Below are positions 6,348-15,490 of a stretch of 20,000 bases of DNA, piece by piece. The translations under genes were made by a program, and so were the position numbers. The notes beneath the pieces were generated by a model, which was not told the DNA's origin, did no database searches, and worked only from the letters and a program-made list of their open reading frames with translations. The number at the start of each line of letters is the position of its first letter. Position 1 is the first letter of the stretch. Source of the stretch: an uncultured virus (IMG/VR IMGVR_UViG_3300027806_000040) (Duplodnaviria; Heunggongvirae; Uroviricota; Caudoviricetes); IMG/VR virus record IMGVR_UViG_3300027806_000040. One strand, written 5' to 3'.

Positions 6348-9300
6348 ATGCCTCCTCTTGCATTTTTAAGCAGTTCGATTCTCGATTCGACAGCGGCAGG
6401 CCGTTCTATCCTGACTGCGGCGAATGCTGCTGCGCAGCGGTCGCTGCTGGGACTCACGGCATGGGCGGTTGCGGCATACCCGTCCAATGCTTCTGGGATT
6501 TTGCGAAATAACGGGACTGGCACGTTATCTTGGGACACCGCTACCTATTTGACCGGAAACCAAACGGTCACTTTATCTGGTGACGTTACTGGTTCGGGCG
6601 CAACGGCAATCACAGCCACGATTGGAAATGGGGCGGTATCGCTCTCGAAAATGGCGAACCTCGCCGCCAATTCAATCGTTGGCAACAACACTGGTTCGGC
6701 GGCAACGCCTTTGGCGCTCACGGGCACGCAGGTTACCGCGATGCTCGACACGTTTACAAGCTCAGCGAAAGGGTTGGTCGCTGCTTCCGGTGGCGGGACG
6801 ACTAATTTCCTCCGTGCAGACGGAACTTGGGCCGCGCCTCCTGGCGGCGGCGGCGCAGCGTGGGGAAGTATCACAGGAACGCTCTCCAGCCAAACAGACC
6901 TGAATACGGCGCTCAATGCCCTTTTGCCGCTGGCCGGTGGAACAATGACCGGGACGATTACTTCGTCAATTGGCACCATTACGGCTTCGACTCCATCGCT
7001 CGACGCCACGCAAAACTGGAACAACTCAGGCGTGACGTTTACCGGCTGGCGACTCAACGTCACAGACACGGCGAGCGCGGTAGCATCGTTGTTGGTCAAT
7101 CTTCAAGTTGGCGGCACAAGTGTTTTCAGCGTCACGAAAGCTGGATTGGCCACTGTTACCGACAGGCTGGCGTTTTCGTCGGTTGCTGCTCAACCAAGAT
7201 TGCGCCGCCAAGGCAACATCTTAGATGTTGTCTCTAACGATGAACTTTCTTTCGGAACATTTCGTTGCGGCACGTTTTCATTATGGACTGACACCATATT
7301 AGAGCGAGACGCGGCTGGAAATCTTGCCCAGCGCAACGGGGTCAACGCTCAAACCTTCCGCGTTTACAACACGTTTACTGATTCAAGCAACTACGAGCGA
7401 GCAAAGGTTGCGTGGGAATCGAACGTCCTGCGAATTGGGACAGAGAAATTAGGGACCGGCACCGCCCGCGCATTGGAAATTCAAACCGATGGCGTTACGC
7501 GCATGACGTTTGCAACTAGCGCGACGGTTACGGTGAATGGAGGCCTAGCTGTTCAAAGTAGTGCTATCGCGCTGATTGGAAACGTGTCTGTCGCTGGGGC
7601 GGCAAACAACTTTTTGTATGATGCCGCAGGTGGTAGTTCTTACACAGGAACTAGCCTTCAAACGGCATTATTCGCTGCGCGTTCAGGGTTTGCACCAACC
7701 AGCGGAACCATGACGTTCACTGGTTTCCTGTTTAACAGCACAATCAACCAAACTGGCGGTGCGAACGGAATTACTCGCGGGTTGCATATCAACCCTACAT
7801 TTACAACCGCCGCCGATTTCAGGGCAATCGAAACTACAGTAGGGCCGTGGGTTCTCACTGATTCTTATGCGGCTGGTTCTGGTTCTTTGGCTGGTTCTGC
7901 GTTATCAATCAGCCAAACGTGGAACACTACCGGCACCCCAACTGCGATTCAGTTAAACGTCACTGACACGGCGAGCAATGCGCTAAGTTCGCTAGTGAAT
8001 TTGCGGGTTGGTGGGTCGAGTCGGTTCAGGGTTGAAAAATCCGGTGTCGTTTACGCACAATCGTCTATCGTTTCAACCGCTGGAAACTTGCAGGCGGCAG
8101 GCGAGATTTACACTCAAGGTTCATCAAGTAGGATTGGCTGGCAACCGGGCGGAACGTGGGATTTAACGCTATTCCGTGATGCTGCGAACATACTCGCACA
8201 GCGCAACGGGGTCAACGCCCAAGCCTTCCGCGTTTACAACACATTCACCGATATCAACAACTTTGAACGCGGCAAGTTCGCTTGGGAATCGAACGTCCTG
8301 CGAATCGGTACGGAGAAACTTGGGACCGGCACCGCCCGCGCATTGGAGCTTCAAACCGATGGCGTGCAGCGTTTAAGGGTCAGTCAATCTGCTCCTGAAT
8401 TTTGGTTAGGTACGGATGCGAACGCCGCTAGTATCTTCTCATTTACTGGTGGAAATTTCACTGGACAAGCAAACGGCAGGGGCTTGGCAATCTTTGCTAG
8501 AACTCCCGCTTCGACAAATGAAATAGGACTCGCCCTAACTGGGGACGCAATAGCCTTAACAGGTGGTTCCGGCAATACTCACTTGCTGATTCACCGACAG
8601 TTTTCACCTACGAGCGGCACAGGTGTGATGAACCTTGCCGAGTTTCGACCGGTTATCAACCAAACTGGCGGCGCGAACGGAATCACTCGCGGCATTTTCA
8701 TCAATCCAACGCTGACCGCAGCGGCAGACTGGCGAGCAATCGAAGTTGCAAGCGGCATTACGATTCTTGGTCCATCAACAACAAGCAAGGCCAGCCTCAA
8801 CATTCCATCCGGCAGCGACCCGACTTCTCCCGCTCAAGGCGACTTGTGGGTCAATACCAGCGGCGACCTGCGATACCGAAACGCTTCCTCGACAATCACG
8901 CTCGGCAGCGGTGGCGGTGTTTCCGATGGCGACAAAGGCGATATCACGGTTTCCGGTTCAGGCGCAACGTGGACGATTGATAACGATGCGGTGACTTACG
9001 CGAAAATACAAAATGTTTCTGCTGCTAGTCGCATACTTGGTCGCGGCGCCGGGGGTGGCTCTGGTGACGTTGAAGAGTTGACATTAGGGAGCTATTTATA
9101 TCTCAATGGAACAGTTTTGGGTGTTGCTTTTCCAGAACCACTTGAAATATTCACATTTGCCAACATTGCCGTGTCCGGTCAATCGACAGTTTCGGCAGAC
9201 GGTTCCTCTGACACATTGACTTTGGTAGCGGGAAGCGGAATTTCAATCACGACAAACGCGACAACTGATACCGTTACCATTTCAGCCACAGGCGGTGGTG

Positions 9301-9350
9301 GTGGTGGTGGTGGTTTGTCTCGATACACAGCAATTGCACTGGGTTGGTAA
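6348..9350 (+). CDS. Tail (or head) fibre-like protein, 1000 aa, with an internal ~300-aa duplication
   Basis: G/T/S/A-rich. It carries fibre motifs GRSILTAANAAAQRSLLGL, LSGDVTG, FLRADGTW, LPLAGGTMTG and DGDKGDITVS, poly-Gly hinges and a C-terminal AIALG. Confidence 0.75.
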   Translation: MPPLAFLSSSILDSTAAGRSILTAANAAAQRSLLGLTAWAVAAYPSNASGILRNNGTGTLSWDTATYLTGNQTVTLSGDVTGSGATAITATIGNGAVSLSKMANLAANSIVGNNTGSAATPLALTGTQVTAMLDTFTSSAKGLVAASGGGTTNFLRADGTWAAPPGGGGAAWGSITGTLSSQTDLNTALNALLPLAGGTMTGTITSSIGTITASTPSLDATQNWNNSGVTFTGWRLNVTDTASAVASLLVNLQVGGTSVFSVTKAGLATVTDRLAFSSVAAQPRLRRQGNILDVVSNDELSFGTFRCGTFSLWTDTILERDAAGNLAQRNGVNAQTFRVYNTFTDSSNYERAKVAWESNVLRIGTEKLGTGTARALEIQTDGVTRMTFATSATVTVNGGLAVQSSAIALIGNVSVAGAANNFLYDAAGGSSYTGTSLQTALFAARSGFAPTSGTMTFTGFLFNSTINQTGGANGITRGLHINPTFTTAADFRAIETTVGPWVLTDSYAAGSGSLAGSALSISQTWNTTGTPTAIQLNVTDTASNALSSLVNLRVGGSSRFRVEKSGVVYAQSSIVSTAGNLQAAGEIYTQGSSSRIGWQPGGTWDLTLFRDAANILAQRNGVNAQAFRVYNTFTDINNFERGKFAWESNVLRIGTEKLGTGTARALELQTDGVQRLRVSQSAPEFWLGTDANAASIFSFTGGNFTGQANGRGLAIFARTPASTNEIGLALTGDAIALTGGSGNTHLLIHRQFSPTSGTGVMNLAEFRPVINQTGGANGITRGIFINPTLTAAADWRAIEVASGITILGPSTTSKASLNIPSGSDPTSPAQGDLWVNTSGDLRYRNASSTITLGSGGGVSDGDKGDITVSGSGATWTIDNDAVTYAKIQNVSAASRILGRGAGGGSGDVEELTLGSYLYLNGTVLGVAFPEPLEIFTFANIAVSGQSTVSADGSSDTLTLVAGSGISITTNATTDTVTISATGGGGGGGGLSRYTAIALGW
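7331..8365 (+). repeat. ~165-bp direct repeat within the fibre gene (7331-7495 and 8201-8365)
   Basis: Both copies run GCGCAACGGGGTCAACGC...TCAAACCGATGGCGT with an 870-nt offset. Many of the differences are at third codon positions. Confidence 0.9.
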
Positions 9351-9929
9351 ATGAAACGAGTTGACACGACCGGATATACATTCTCAGCGTCGGGAAAGAC
9401 CGTCACGTTTTCGCAGTTTGCGACCATCGGACTGGGCAGAATCTTTCTCATCAACAACAACACTCGCGGCGTCGTCATATACGACCCGAGTCAAACCAGC
9501 ACAAAGGGCACGCTCTCTGGCTCGGTGCTGACCTTGGATTTTGATACGACCGGACACAACAACGCCGATTCGCTCTCGATTTTCTGGGATGATGGCACAT
9601 TTGTATCTTCGGATACACCGATGCCGGTTGTTGCCTACGGCGAGTTGGTTGAAGCCATCGAAGCTATGCGAATGGCTGTCCAATCGCTGGTAAACACAAT
9701 CGGGATGGCTTTGCCCAATGCTCAAGGATTTCCAATCATGGAAGTCCGGCAGGCAACGGCGGCAAACATGAACGTAACCGCGTCCGTTAGCGGTACAGTG
9801 ACCTCCAACATCGGAACCGGCTCACTGGCTAACCAAACTCAGATGGGCGGGTTTGCCGCAAACGACCAAATTCCGGCATTGATGCACTTGCAAGCCGACA
9901 GCCTTCGACGAAATATCACCGTTACCTAA
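9351..9929 (+). CDS. Hypothetical virion or fibre-associated protein (beta-rich N-terminal domain)
   Basis: 192-aa ORF abutting the fibre stop codon, with structural-protein-like composition. Confidence 0.65.
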   Translation: MKRVDTTGYTFSASGKTVTFSQFATIGLGRIFLINNNTRGVVIYDPSQTSTKGTLSGSVLTLDFDTTGHNNADSLSIFWDDGTFVSSDTPMPVVAYGELVEAIEAMRMAVQSLVNTIGMALPNAQGFPIMEVRQATAANMNVTASVSGTVTSNIGTGSLANQTQMGGFAANDQIPALMHLQADSLRRNITVT

Positions 9930-9938
9930 GAGGAAAAC

Positions 9939-11378
9939 ATGCCAACAACCAACGGCAATCGAAGAATACTAGATTTGAAGCGGTGGGAGTCCTGCTCACT
10001 GTACCCGCTTTCTGCGACAGCGGCGGCGCATTTCATCGTGTCGAGCCGACACCACAGGCAACAGCAATTGCTGGTTTCGTCTAACACTGTCGCTCACATG
10101 TATAACCCGAATGAAAATGCGTGGATTTCCTTGCCTTCGCCGGGTCTTGCGGGCACGTTTGGCGCTGGTGCTTGTGGAGTTGCTGGTTCGTTCTCGACCG
10201 GAACCACTGTGGCAGCGTCGAGCCTGACGGCGACCGCAGGAACCACGACCAGTATCACGACCAATCAAACGCTTGCCCGTGACCTTCGCGGCTACTCGGT
10301 TTACTTTGTCGGCGGAACCAATGCGGGCAAACTCAAGACGATTGCCTCAAACACAATCGGAACGAATGCCATCATTACGTTTACCGATGCGGAGGCAGTC
10401 GCGTTTGACAACACTTCGCAATATCGTCTCAAGACTCCGGTGTTTTATGCGGTCGGTGCGGGAACGCTGGCTTCGGCCAGTTTCCGTAAATACTGTTTCG
10501 CAACAAACTCTTGGACAACACTGAGTCAGACCGGCCTACCGGCGACGATTGGAACTGACGGGAAGCTCGTTTCCACTCCAGCTTGGATTGATAGTGGCTT
10601 CAAGAGTTTTGCGACCGGGACGGCAACATCGGGCGCGGCGGCAACGCTTACCAATACTGGCAAGAATTGGACGGTCAACCAGTGGACGAATTATCAGATT
10701 CGAATCACTGCCGGGACCGGGGCCGGGCAGATTCGAACGGTTGCGAGCAACACTTCGACCGTTATCACGGTTTCAAGCAACTGGACGACCCAGCCAGACG
10801 CAACCTCGCAGTATAGCCTTGAAGGAAATGACGATTTCATTTACTTCATGGGCAATAATGCCGTCACGCTTTATCGGTATTCGATTGTGGGCAACACTTG
10901 GTCAACGCTAACTCCTGTTGCTGCCCGCGCTGCCGCGCCCGGTGCGGGAATGTCAGGCCACTGGATTCATTCGGTGTCGGCAAGCGATTGGACAAACGAA
11001 AACGCAATCCTGAACGGTCGCTACATCTACAGCTTCCAAGGCGGCAACACGACCAACCTGCATCGGTACGACATTGCCGGTAACACTTGGGCGACGATTA
11101 CCTACGCACCTCCCGGCGATGCCATGAGTACCGGGACAAAATGGGCGTACAACAAGGACCGGCTCTACATGCAGCGTGACAACACTGGACGCTGGTTCTA
11201 CTTTGATTTTACCGAGCAGGCAATGCAGCCTTGGAGCACGATGCTTTACCCGCAGGGCTCGGGTATCGTCGGAGACACGGCGTTCGACGTTACCTACAAG
11301 GATGGAGCTACCGAAATCGACTACATCTACATGGTATTGAACACATCCAACATCATGCTTCGCCAGATGGTGATTTAA
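9939..11378 (+). CDS. Kelch-like beta-propeller virion protein with inserted Thr/Gly-rich beta domains
   Basis: Repeated blade ends YNPNENAW, YCFATNSW, YSIVGNTW and YDIAGNTW. Two related inserts, VGGTNAGKLKTIASNT and TAGTGAGQIRTVASNT. AGAGGA ribosome-binding site. Confidence 0.65.
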   Translation: MPTTNGNRRILDLKRWESCSLYPLSATAAAHFIVSSRHHRQQQLLVSSNTVAHMYNPNENAWISLPSPGLAGTFGAGACGVAGSFSTGTTVAASSLTATAGTTTSITTNQTLARDLRGYSVYFVGGTNAGKLKTIASNTIGTNAIITFTDAEAVAFDNTSQYRLKTPVFYAVGAGTLASASFRKYCFATNSWTTLSQTGLPATIGTDGKLVSTPAWIDSGFKSFATGTATSGAAATLTNTGKNWTVNQWTNYQIRITAGTGAGQIRTVASNTSTVITVSSNWTTQPDATSQYSLEGNDDFIYFMGNNAVTLYRYSIVGNTWSTLTPVAARAAAPGAGMSGHWIHSVSASDWTNENAILNGRYIYSFQGGNTTNLHRYDIAGNTWATITYAPPGDAMSTGTKWAYNKDRLYMQRDNTGRWFYFDFTEQAMQPWSTMLYPQGSGIVGDTAFDVTYKDGATEIDYIYMVLNTSNIMLRQMVI

Positions 11379-11539
11379 TGACCATTGCCTATCTCATCGA
11401 ACTTTTACAACGAAAGATAGCCAATCTTTCGATGCTGCGCACCAGCGCGGCCGCGCTCGGTGAAATCGAGCAGGTCGAGCAGTTGGACGTTCAAATCGCG
11501 GAGACAGAAACGACGCTTGAGGCGTTGCGGAGCCTGTAA
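11378..11539 (+). CDS. Small 53-aa coiled-coil protein
   Basis: The ATG overlaps the upstream stop (TAATG). MTIAYLIELLQRKIANL...QIAETETTLEALRSL shows a heptad pattern. Confidence 0.7.
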   Translation: MTIAYLIELLQRKIANLSMLRTSAAALGEIEQVEQLDVQIAETETTLEALRSL

Positions 11540-11543
11540 ATAA

Positions 11544-12296
11544 ATGGCTGAGCTGCAAGGGCTGACATTCCTGTTTGGCGGTTTGCTTGGGGCTGGAGGC
11601 GTCGGCAACGACTCCCTCACCCTTAGCGGAATTGCTGCCGGGACGCCCGTTTGTGGCCAGCCGAGCCTTTCGCAGAATCACAGCCTCGGGCCGAACAACC
11701 TCGCAGCGGGAACGCCAGTTTGCGGCCAGCCGACGGTCACACAAAATCACAGCCTGACCGCCAGCGGACTGGCCACGACCGCGCCAGTTTGCGGCACGAC
11801 CGCACTAACGCAAAATCACAGCCTCGGGCCGAACGGGCTGGCGACCGGTTCGCCGGTAGTGGGGACGACCGCAGTAACGATTTCCGGTGTGATTTCGCCA
11901 AACGGGCTGGCCACCGGAAATCCAGTGGTTGGCACGACAACGCTCACGCAAAATCACAGCCTCGGCGTCTCGGGACTGGTGGCCGGGCCGCCGGTGACGG
12001 GACAGCCAGCCCTTTCGCAAAACCATAGCATTGGGCCGGCGGCGGTTGTAGCTGGATCTCCAGCGGTTGGGCAGTTGCCGTTCACGCAGCTGCACGCCCT
12101 GATTGCCCAAGCGATCACTGCTGGCGGCCCGGTTGTCGGTCAATCGACGCTGCAGACACAAGAGCCAGTGCAGGCAGCCTTTATCAGCCTGGCAGCCAGA
12201 TTCAAGACCGAAACAGCTCAAGGAACAATGGAAACCAAGGCAGTAACTGGCAGATTTCAGGCAACGCAGCAGATCACGGGAAGGATTTTACAATGA
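11544..12296 (+). CDS. Repeat protein with about eight 23-aa repeats, likely an elongated structural protein
   Basis: The unit resembles PNGLATGSPVVGTTxLTQNHSLG, with a 69-nt period in the DNA. Confidence 0.7.
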   Translation: MAELQGLTFLFGGLLGAGGVGNDSLTLSGIAAGTPVCGQPSLSQNHSLGPNNLAAGTPVCGQPTVTQNHSLTASGLATTAPVCGTTALTQNHSLGPNGLATGSPVVGTTAVTISGVISPNGLATGNPVVGTTTLTQNHSLGVSGLVAGPPVTGQPALSQNHSIGPAAVVAGSPAVGQLPFTQLHALIAQAITAGGPVVGQSTLQTQEPVQAAFISLAARFKTETAQGTMETKAVTGRFQATQQITGRILQ

Positions 12297-12613
12297 TCAC
12301 ACTGGCAAGACTAAGCGACGCGACCATTGATTTAACCTTCTCCGGTGTTCCGTCAGGCACGACCGTTACCAAGGCTTATCTGGCGATCAAGACCAGCGAT
12401 GCCGCCAGCGACGTATCCAGTCTTGTCGTGAGTGCAACGCCAAGCGGAAACGTGGCGACGTTTCAAATTACGGACGTTCAAAGCGGAACGCTGACAGCTC
12501 GCCGATATGCCCTGAGTGCGAAAGCCATTCTGAGCGATGGCCGGGCGATTCGGCTCGATTTGGATGATGACCAAGTGCAAGTAATCAATCCCGGTGTGGA
12601 AGCGGTAAGTTAA
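12293..12613 (+). CDS. Small beta-sandwich structural or adaptor protein (possibly BppU N-terminal-like)
   Basis: ATGA overlap with the upstream gene and an alternating beta-strand pattern. The family assignment is tentative. Confidence 0.5.
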   Translation: MITLARLSDATIDLTFSGVPSGTTVTKAYLAIKTSDAASDVSSLVVSATPSGNVATFQITDVQSGTLTARRYALSAKAILSDGRAIRLDLDDDQVQVINPGVEAVS

Positions 12614-12617
12614 ACAA

Positions 12618-14717
12618 ATGCCTGAAGCGTTTGCCCAGGAAGAGCCAGGCGGATTCAACGAGCGGGATTTTGATGCCGCGCGAAAGCGAGCCGCACGCAG
12701 CCAAGCGGCAGCGATCAAGATTCCAAAATGCGTTGACCCGGCGAGGCGTGCCCGCTGCCTCGAAGACCCGGAGCTGTTTCTCAAGACATACTTCCCCGAG
12801 CGGTTTTACTTGCCGTTCTCGGACAACCACAAGGAAATGATTCACGCGATCGACGTGCGGTCGGTCAGTGGTGGTGATCAAGCCGTGGCGGCACCTCGCG
12901 GCGAGGGCAAGACTGAAATCACCACGGGGATGATTATCTATCTGATTTTGAAGGAACGGACCAAGTTTCCGCTGATCGTCGCGGCGACTGGCGTCCATGC
13001 CGAGCGAATCTACTCGGACATCAAGAGCCAGTTCGAGCGAAATGAATTGCTCTATGCCGACTTCCCCGAGGTTTGTGCCCCGGTGGTCTGTCTCGAAGGG
13101 GCCCCGCAGCGAGCGGCCCGGCAGCATGTGGACGGCAAACTGACCCGAATCGAGTGGAAACAGAAGCACTGCTATTTTCCGACCGTACCTGGCAGTAAGT
13201 ACGGCGGGGTTTGCCTGGCGTTTGCGGGTCTCGACTCGGCAATCCGCGGTCTCAAAATCCACGGCACCCGGCCCGACTTCGCTCTGATTGACGACCCGGA
13301 AACCAAAGAATCGGCAGACAGTGAATTGCAGATTCGGATTCGGTCGGAGTTGATCGACCGCGACATTGCCGGGCTGGCCGGGCCCGGGAAGACCCTGACC
13401 CGAGTCATGCTTTGCACGGTGCAGAATCGGAAATGCGTTTCGTTCATCTTCACCGACCCGGTTCAAAAGCCAAGCTGGAACGGGAAGCGATATCGGTGGG
13501 TTGAAAACTGGCCGGAGAATGAGCAGTTTTGGACCGACTACATGGACCAGCGGCAGGCCGATATGCGTGGCGGCGACCCGTTTGGACAGGTGGCGACGCA
13601 GATGTACCTGGACAACCGCGAGGCGGCCGAGCTGGGGGCGAAGGTCTCGAACGAGTTCCGGTACTGCTCAGACAAGCTGGCCAGCGGGCTGCAGGTCGAA
13701 TACTCGGCACTCCAAGCCGCGATGAACAAGATCGCCGACAACGGGATCGAAGCGTTTTTGTCGGAGTACCAGAACGACCCGAAGAAGGAAGAGGGGCCGG
13801 AAACGCGGGGGCTCACGCCCGATCTGGTTGCCTCGCGAATCAGTTCCTGCCAGCAGGGCGAGGTGCCCGAGCACTCGGAGCGGCTAACGGCATTCCTGGA
13901 TCTTGGCAAGTACGGCTGCCACTGGGCGGTGACTTCGTGGCGGGGAAATGCGATAGGAATTGTTATTGATTATGGGTATATCGAAATGCCGGAGATTCGG
14001 CATGGAAGCAGCGAACAGGCGATAGAATTGGCCCTGCTGTCGAAGATGTCGCAGTTCCGGGATCAGCTGCTGGCGGAATACCGGCCCGATCTGGTCATGA
14101 TCGACTCGGGGCACTTCACCAAGACAGCCTATCAGTTTGTTCGCGAGGTCGGCGGGATTCCGTTTGTGGTTAGCAAGGGCTGGGGTGGCGATTCGCATTA
14201 CCGCACGCCCAAGCCGGCGGAAGAGGTTTACGTCGGTGACAACTGGAACATCAGTCTTCAGAAGACTGAGGGTGTTTGGCTTTACAACTTCAACGCGGAC
14301 CACTGGAAAGGATGGGTCCATGACAGGTTTCTGACGAAGACCTTTGACGGGTCTCACGTCATGCAGGACGGCACGCTCTCGCTGTTCAATTGTGGAGACG
14401 ACAAGACTAACCGCCAGCGACATCATTCATTTTCACAGCACGTCTGTGCGGAGGAGTTCCGCGAGACTTTTAAGCCCGACAAGGGCATCACTCGCAAGTG
14501 GGTGGCTGTGAAAAAGAACAACCACTGGTTCGACTGCATGGTCGGATGCTCGGTGGCGGCGAACATTCTCGGCATCCATTTGATGCGGCAGCGGAACGAT
14601 GAACTTATGGCCAAGGCAGTGGCGACGCAGCGGGTGGCGAACACTCAACGCGACGTGGAAGCTGGGAGGTATTTCCAAAATCAACACGGTCAATCGTTCT
14701 TTTTGACGGAGCGTTAA
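12618..14717 (+). CDS. terL: Terminase large subunit (GpA-like)
   Basis: Walker A APRGEGKT, Walker B FALIDDP, and nuclease-domain acidic motifs AFLDLG, MIDSG and NHWFDC. It lies upstream of the portal. Confidence 0.9.
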   Translation: MPEAFAQEEPGGFNERDFDAARKRAARSQAAAIKIPKCVDPARRARCLEDPELFLKTYFPERFYLPFSDNHKEMIHAIDVRSVSGGDQAVAAPRGEGKTEITTGMIIYLILKERTKFPLIVAATGVHAERIYSDIKSQFERNELLYADFPEVCAPVVCLEGAPQRAARQHVDGKLTRIEWKQKHCYFPTVPGSKYGGVCLAFAGLDSAIRGLKIHGTRPDFALIDDPETKESADSELQIRIRSELIDRDIAGLAGPGKTLTRVMLCTVQNRKCVSFIFTDPVQKPSWNGKRYRWVENWPENEQFWTDYMDQRQADMRGGDPFGQVATQMYLDNREAAELGAKVSNEFRYCSDKLASGLQVEYSALQAAMNKIADNGIEAFLSEYQNDPKKEEGPETRGLTPDLVASRISSCQQGEVPEHSERLTAFLDLGKYGCHWAVTSWRGNAIGIVIDYGYIEMPEIRHGSSEQAIELALLSKMSQFRDQLLAEYRPDLVMIDSGHFTKTAYQFVREVGGIPFVVSKGWGGDSHYRTPKPAEEVYVGDNWNISLQKTEGVWLYNFNADHWKGWVHDRFLTKTFDGSHVMQDGTLSLFNCGDDKTNRQRHHSFSQHVCAEEFRETFKPDKGITRKWVAVKKNNHWFDCMVGCSVAANILGIHLMRQRNDELMAKAVATQRVANTQRDVEAGRYFQNQHGQSFFLTER

Positions 14718-14719
14718 GT

Positions 14720-15151
14720 ATGAGCCGACGAACTGCAGCAGCTGTTGCCCTGCCAAGTATCACTGAGCCGAAGCCCGAGGCGGCTGGGAGAATTGGCGAG
14801 CCTGAGACGGTGGCGGATTGGGTTGAATCTTCGGAGCCGGCCAAGACTCGCAAACCAACCAGCGAACCGGCCAGCTTGGCAGAACCGCCGCTGGCCTACG
14901 ATTCAATGCCCGCCAAGCTGGTTCAGCTCGCTCTGCCGTTCGGCAATCCACCCAGCCCGAATGAATCGCGGCGGGTTGGCATGCTCTACGTCAAAGACCT
15001 GACGACTCACCAACGCTACGGCCTGCTCTGTTTGCGGAATGGTTTGTCTCGCGCGGGGGCGACCTTAAAGAACGGCACGCCGGTCGATCGCCCCTCGCAT
15101 GTGATTCGGTATATTCTCGAACAGGCGATTGACGGAGCTGCTTCGAGTTAA
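14720..15151 (+). CDS. Hypothetical protein (Pro/Glu-rich N-terminus, compact C-terminal domain)
   Basis: 143-aa ORF starting 2 nt after the terL stop, co-directional. Confidence 0.65.
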   Translation: MSRRTAAAVALPSITEPKPEAAGRIGEPETVADWVESSEPAKTRKPTSEPASLAEPPLAYDSMPAKLVQLALPFGNPPSPNESRRVGMLYVKDLTTHQRYGLLCLRNGLSRAGATLKNGTPVDRPSHVIRYILEQAIDGAASS

Positions 15152-15214
15152 AGGCAGAAAGTCCGCCTTGCCAACTCTGGCTGAGATGTCGCTGGGTGCG
15201 GGTACGATTCCCGC

Positions 15215-15490
15215 ATGCCAGCGTACACGCCAAACGATATCGTCGACAATTTCAACGACTACGCCGACTACGAAGAACTCGGCAGCGTAGCTCGGGCGAA
15301 GTCGTTCATTACGTGGGCGATGCGGATGCTCGCACTGCCCGAGGAAACCCGCCGCAACGCCAATGCCCTTGTTTATGACAAGACGGTTATTGAGTCGCAG
15401 CTGAACGCGGCCCGCAATTTCGTGCTGGCCAATGAGCAATCCAGCGGCTCCAGCGTCGCATTCTTTTCGGTGGAGAACTTCCGCCGATGA
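15215..15490 (+). CDS. Probable head completion or head-tail joining protein (lambda gpW position)
   Basis: 91-aa helical protein that overlaps the portal start (ATGA). The assignment is positional. Confidence 0.55.
   Translation: MPAYTPNDIVDNFNDYADYEELGSVARAKSFITWAMRMLALPEETRRNANALVYDKTVIESQLNAARNFVLANEQSSGSSVAFFSVENFRR

Noticed and set aside
7331..8365. Diversity-generating retroelement template/variable repeat pair
   Set aside because: The mismatches are not adenine-specific, many are synonymous third-position changes, both copies are in-frame coding, and no reverse transcriptase is in the window.
9291..9314. (GGT)n microsatellite as a phase-variation tract
   Set aside because: It is a triplet repeat encoding a poly-Gly hinge, so slippage would keep the frame.
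13945..13990. AT-rich patch in terL as an internal promoter
   Set aside because: It has no properly spaced -35/-10 pair and is explained by Ile/Tyr-rich codons (AIGIVIDYGYIE).
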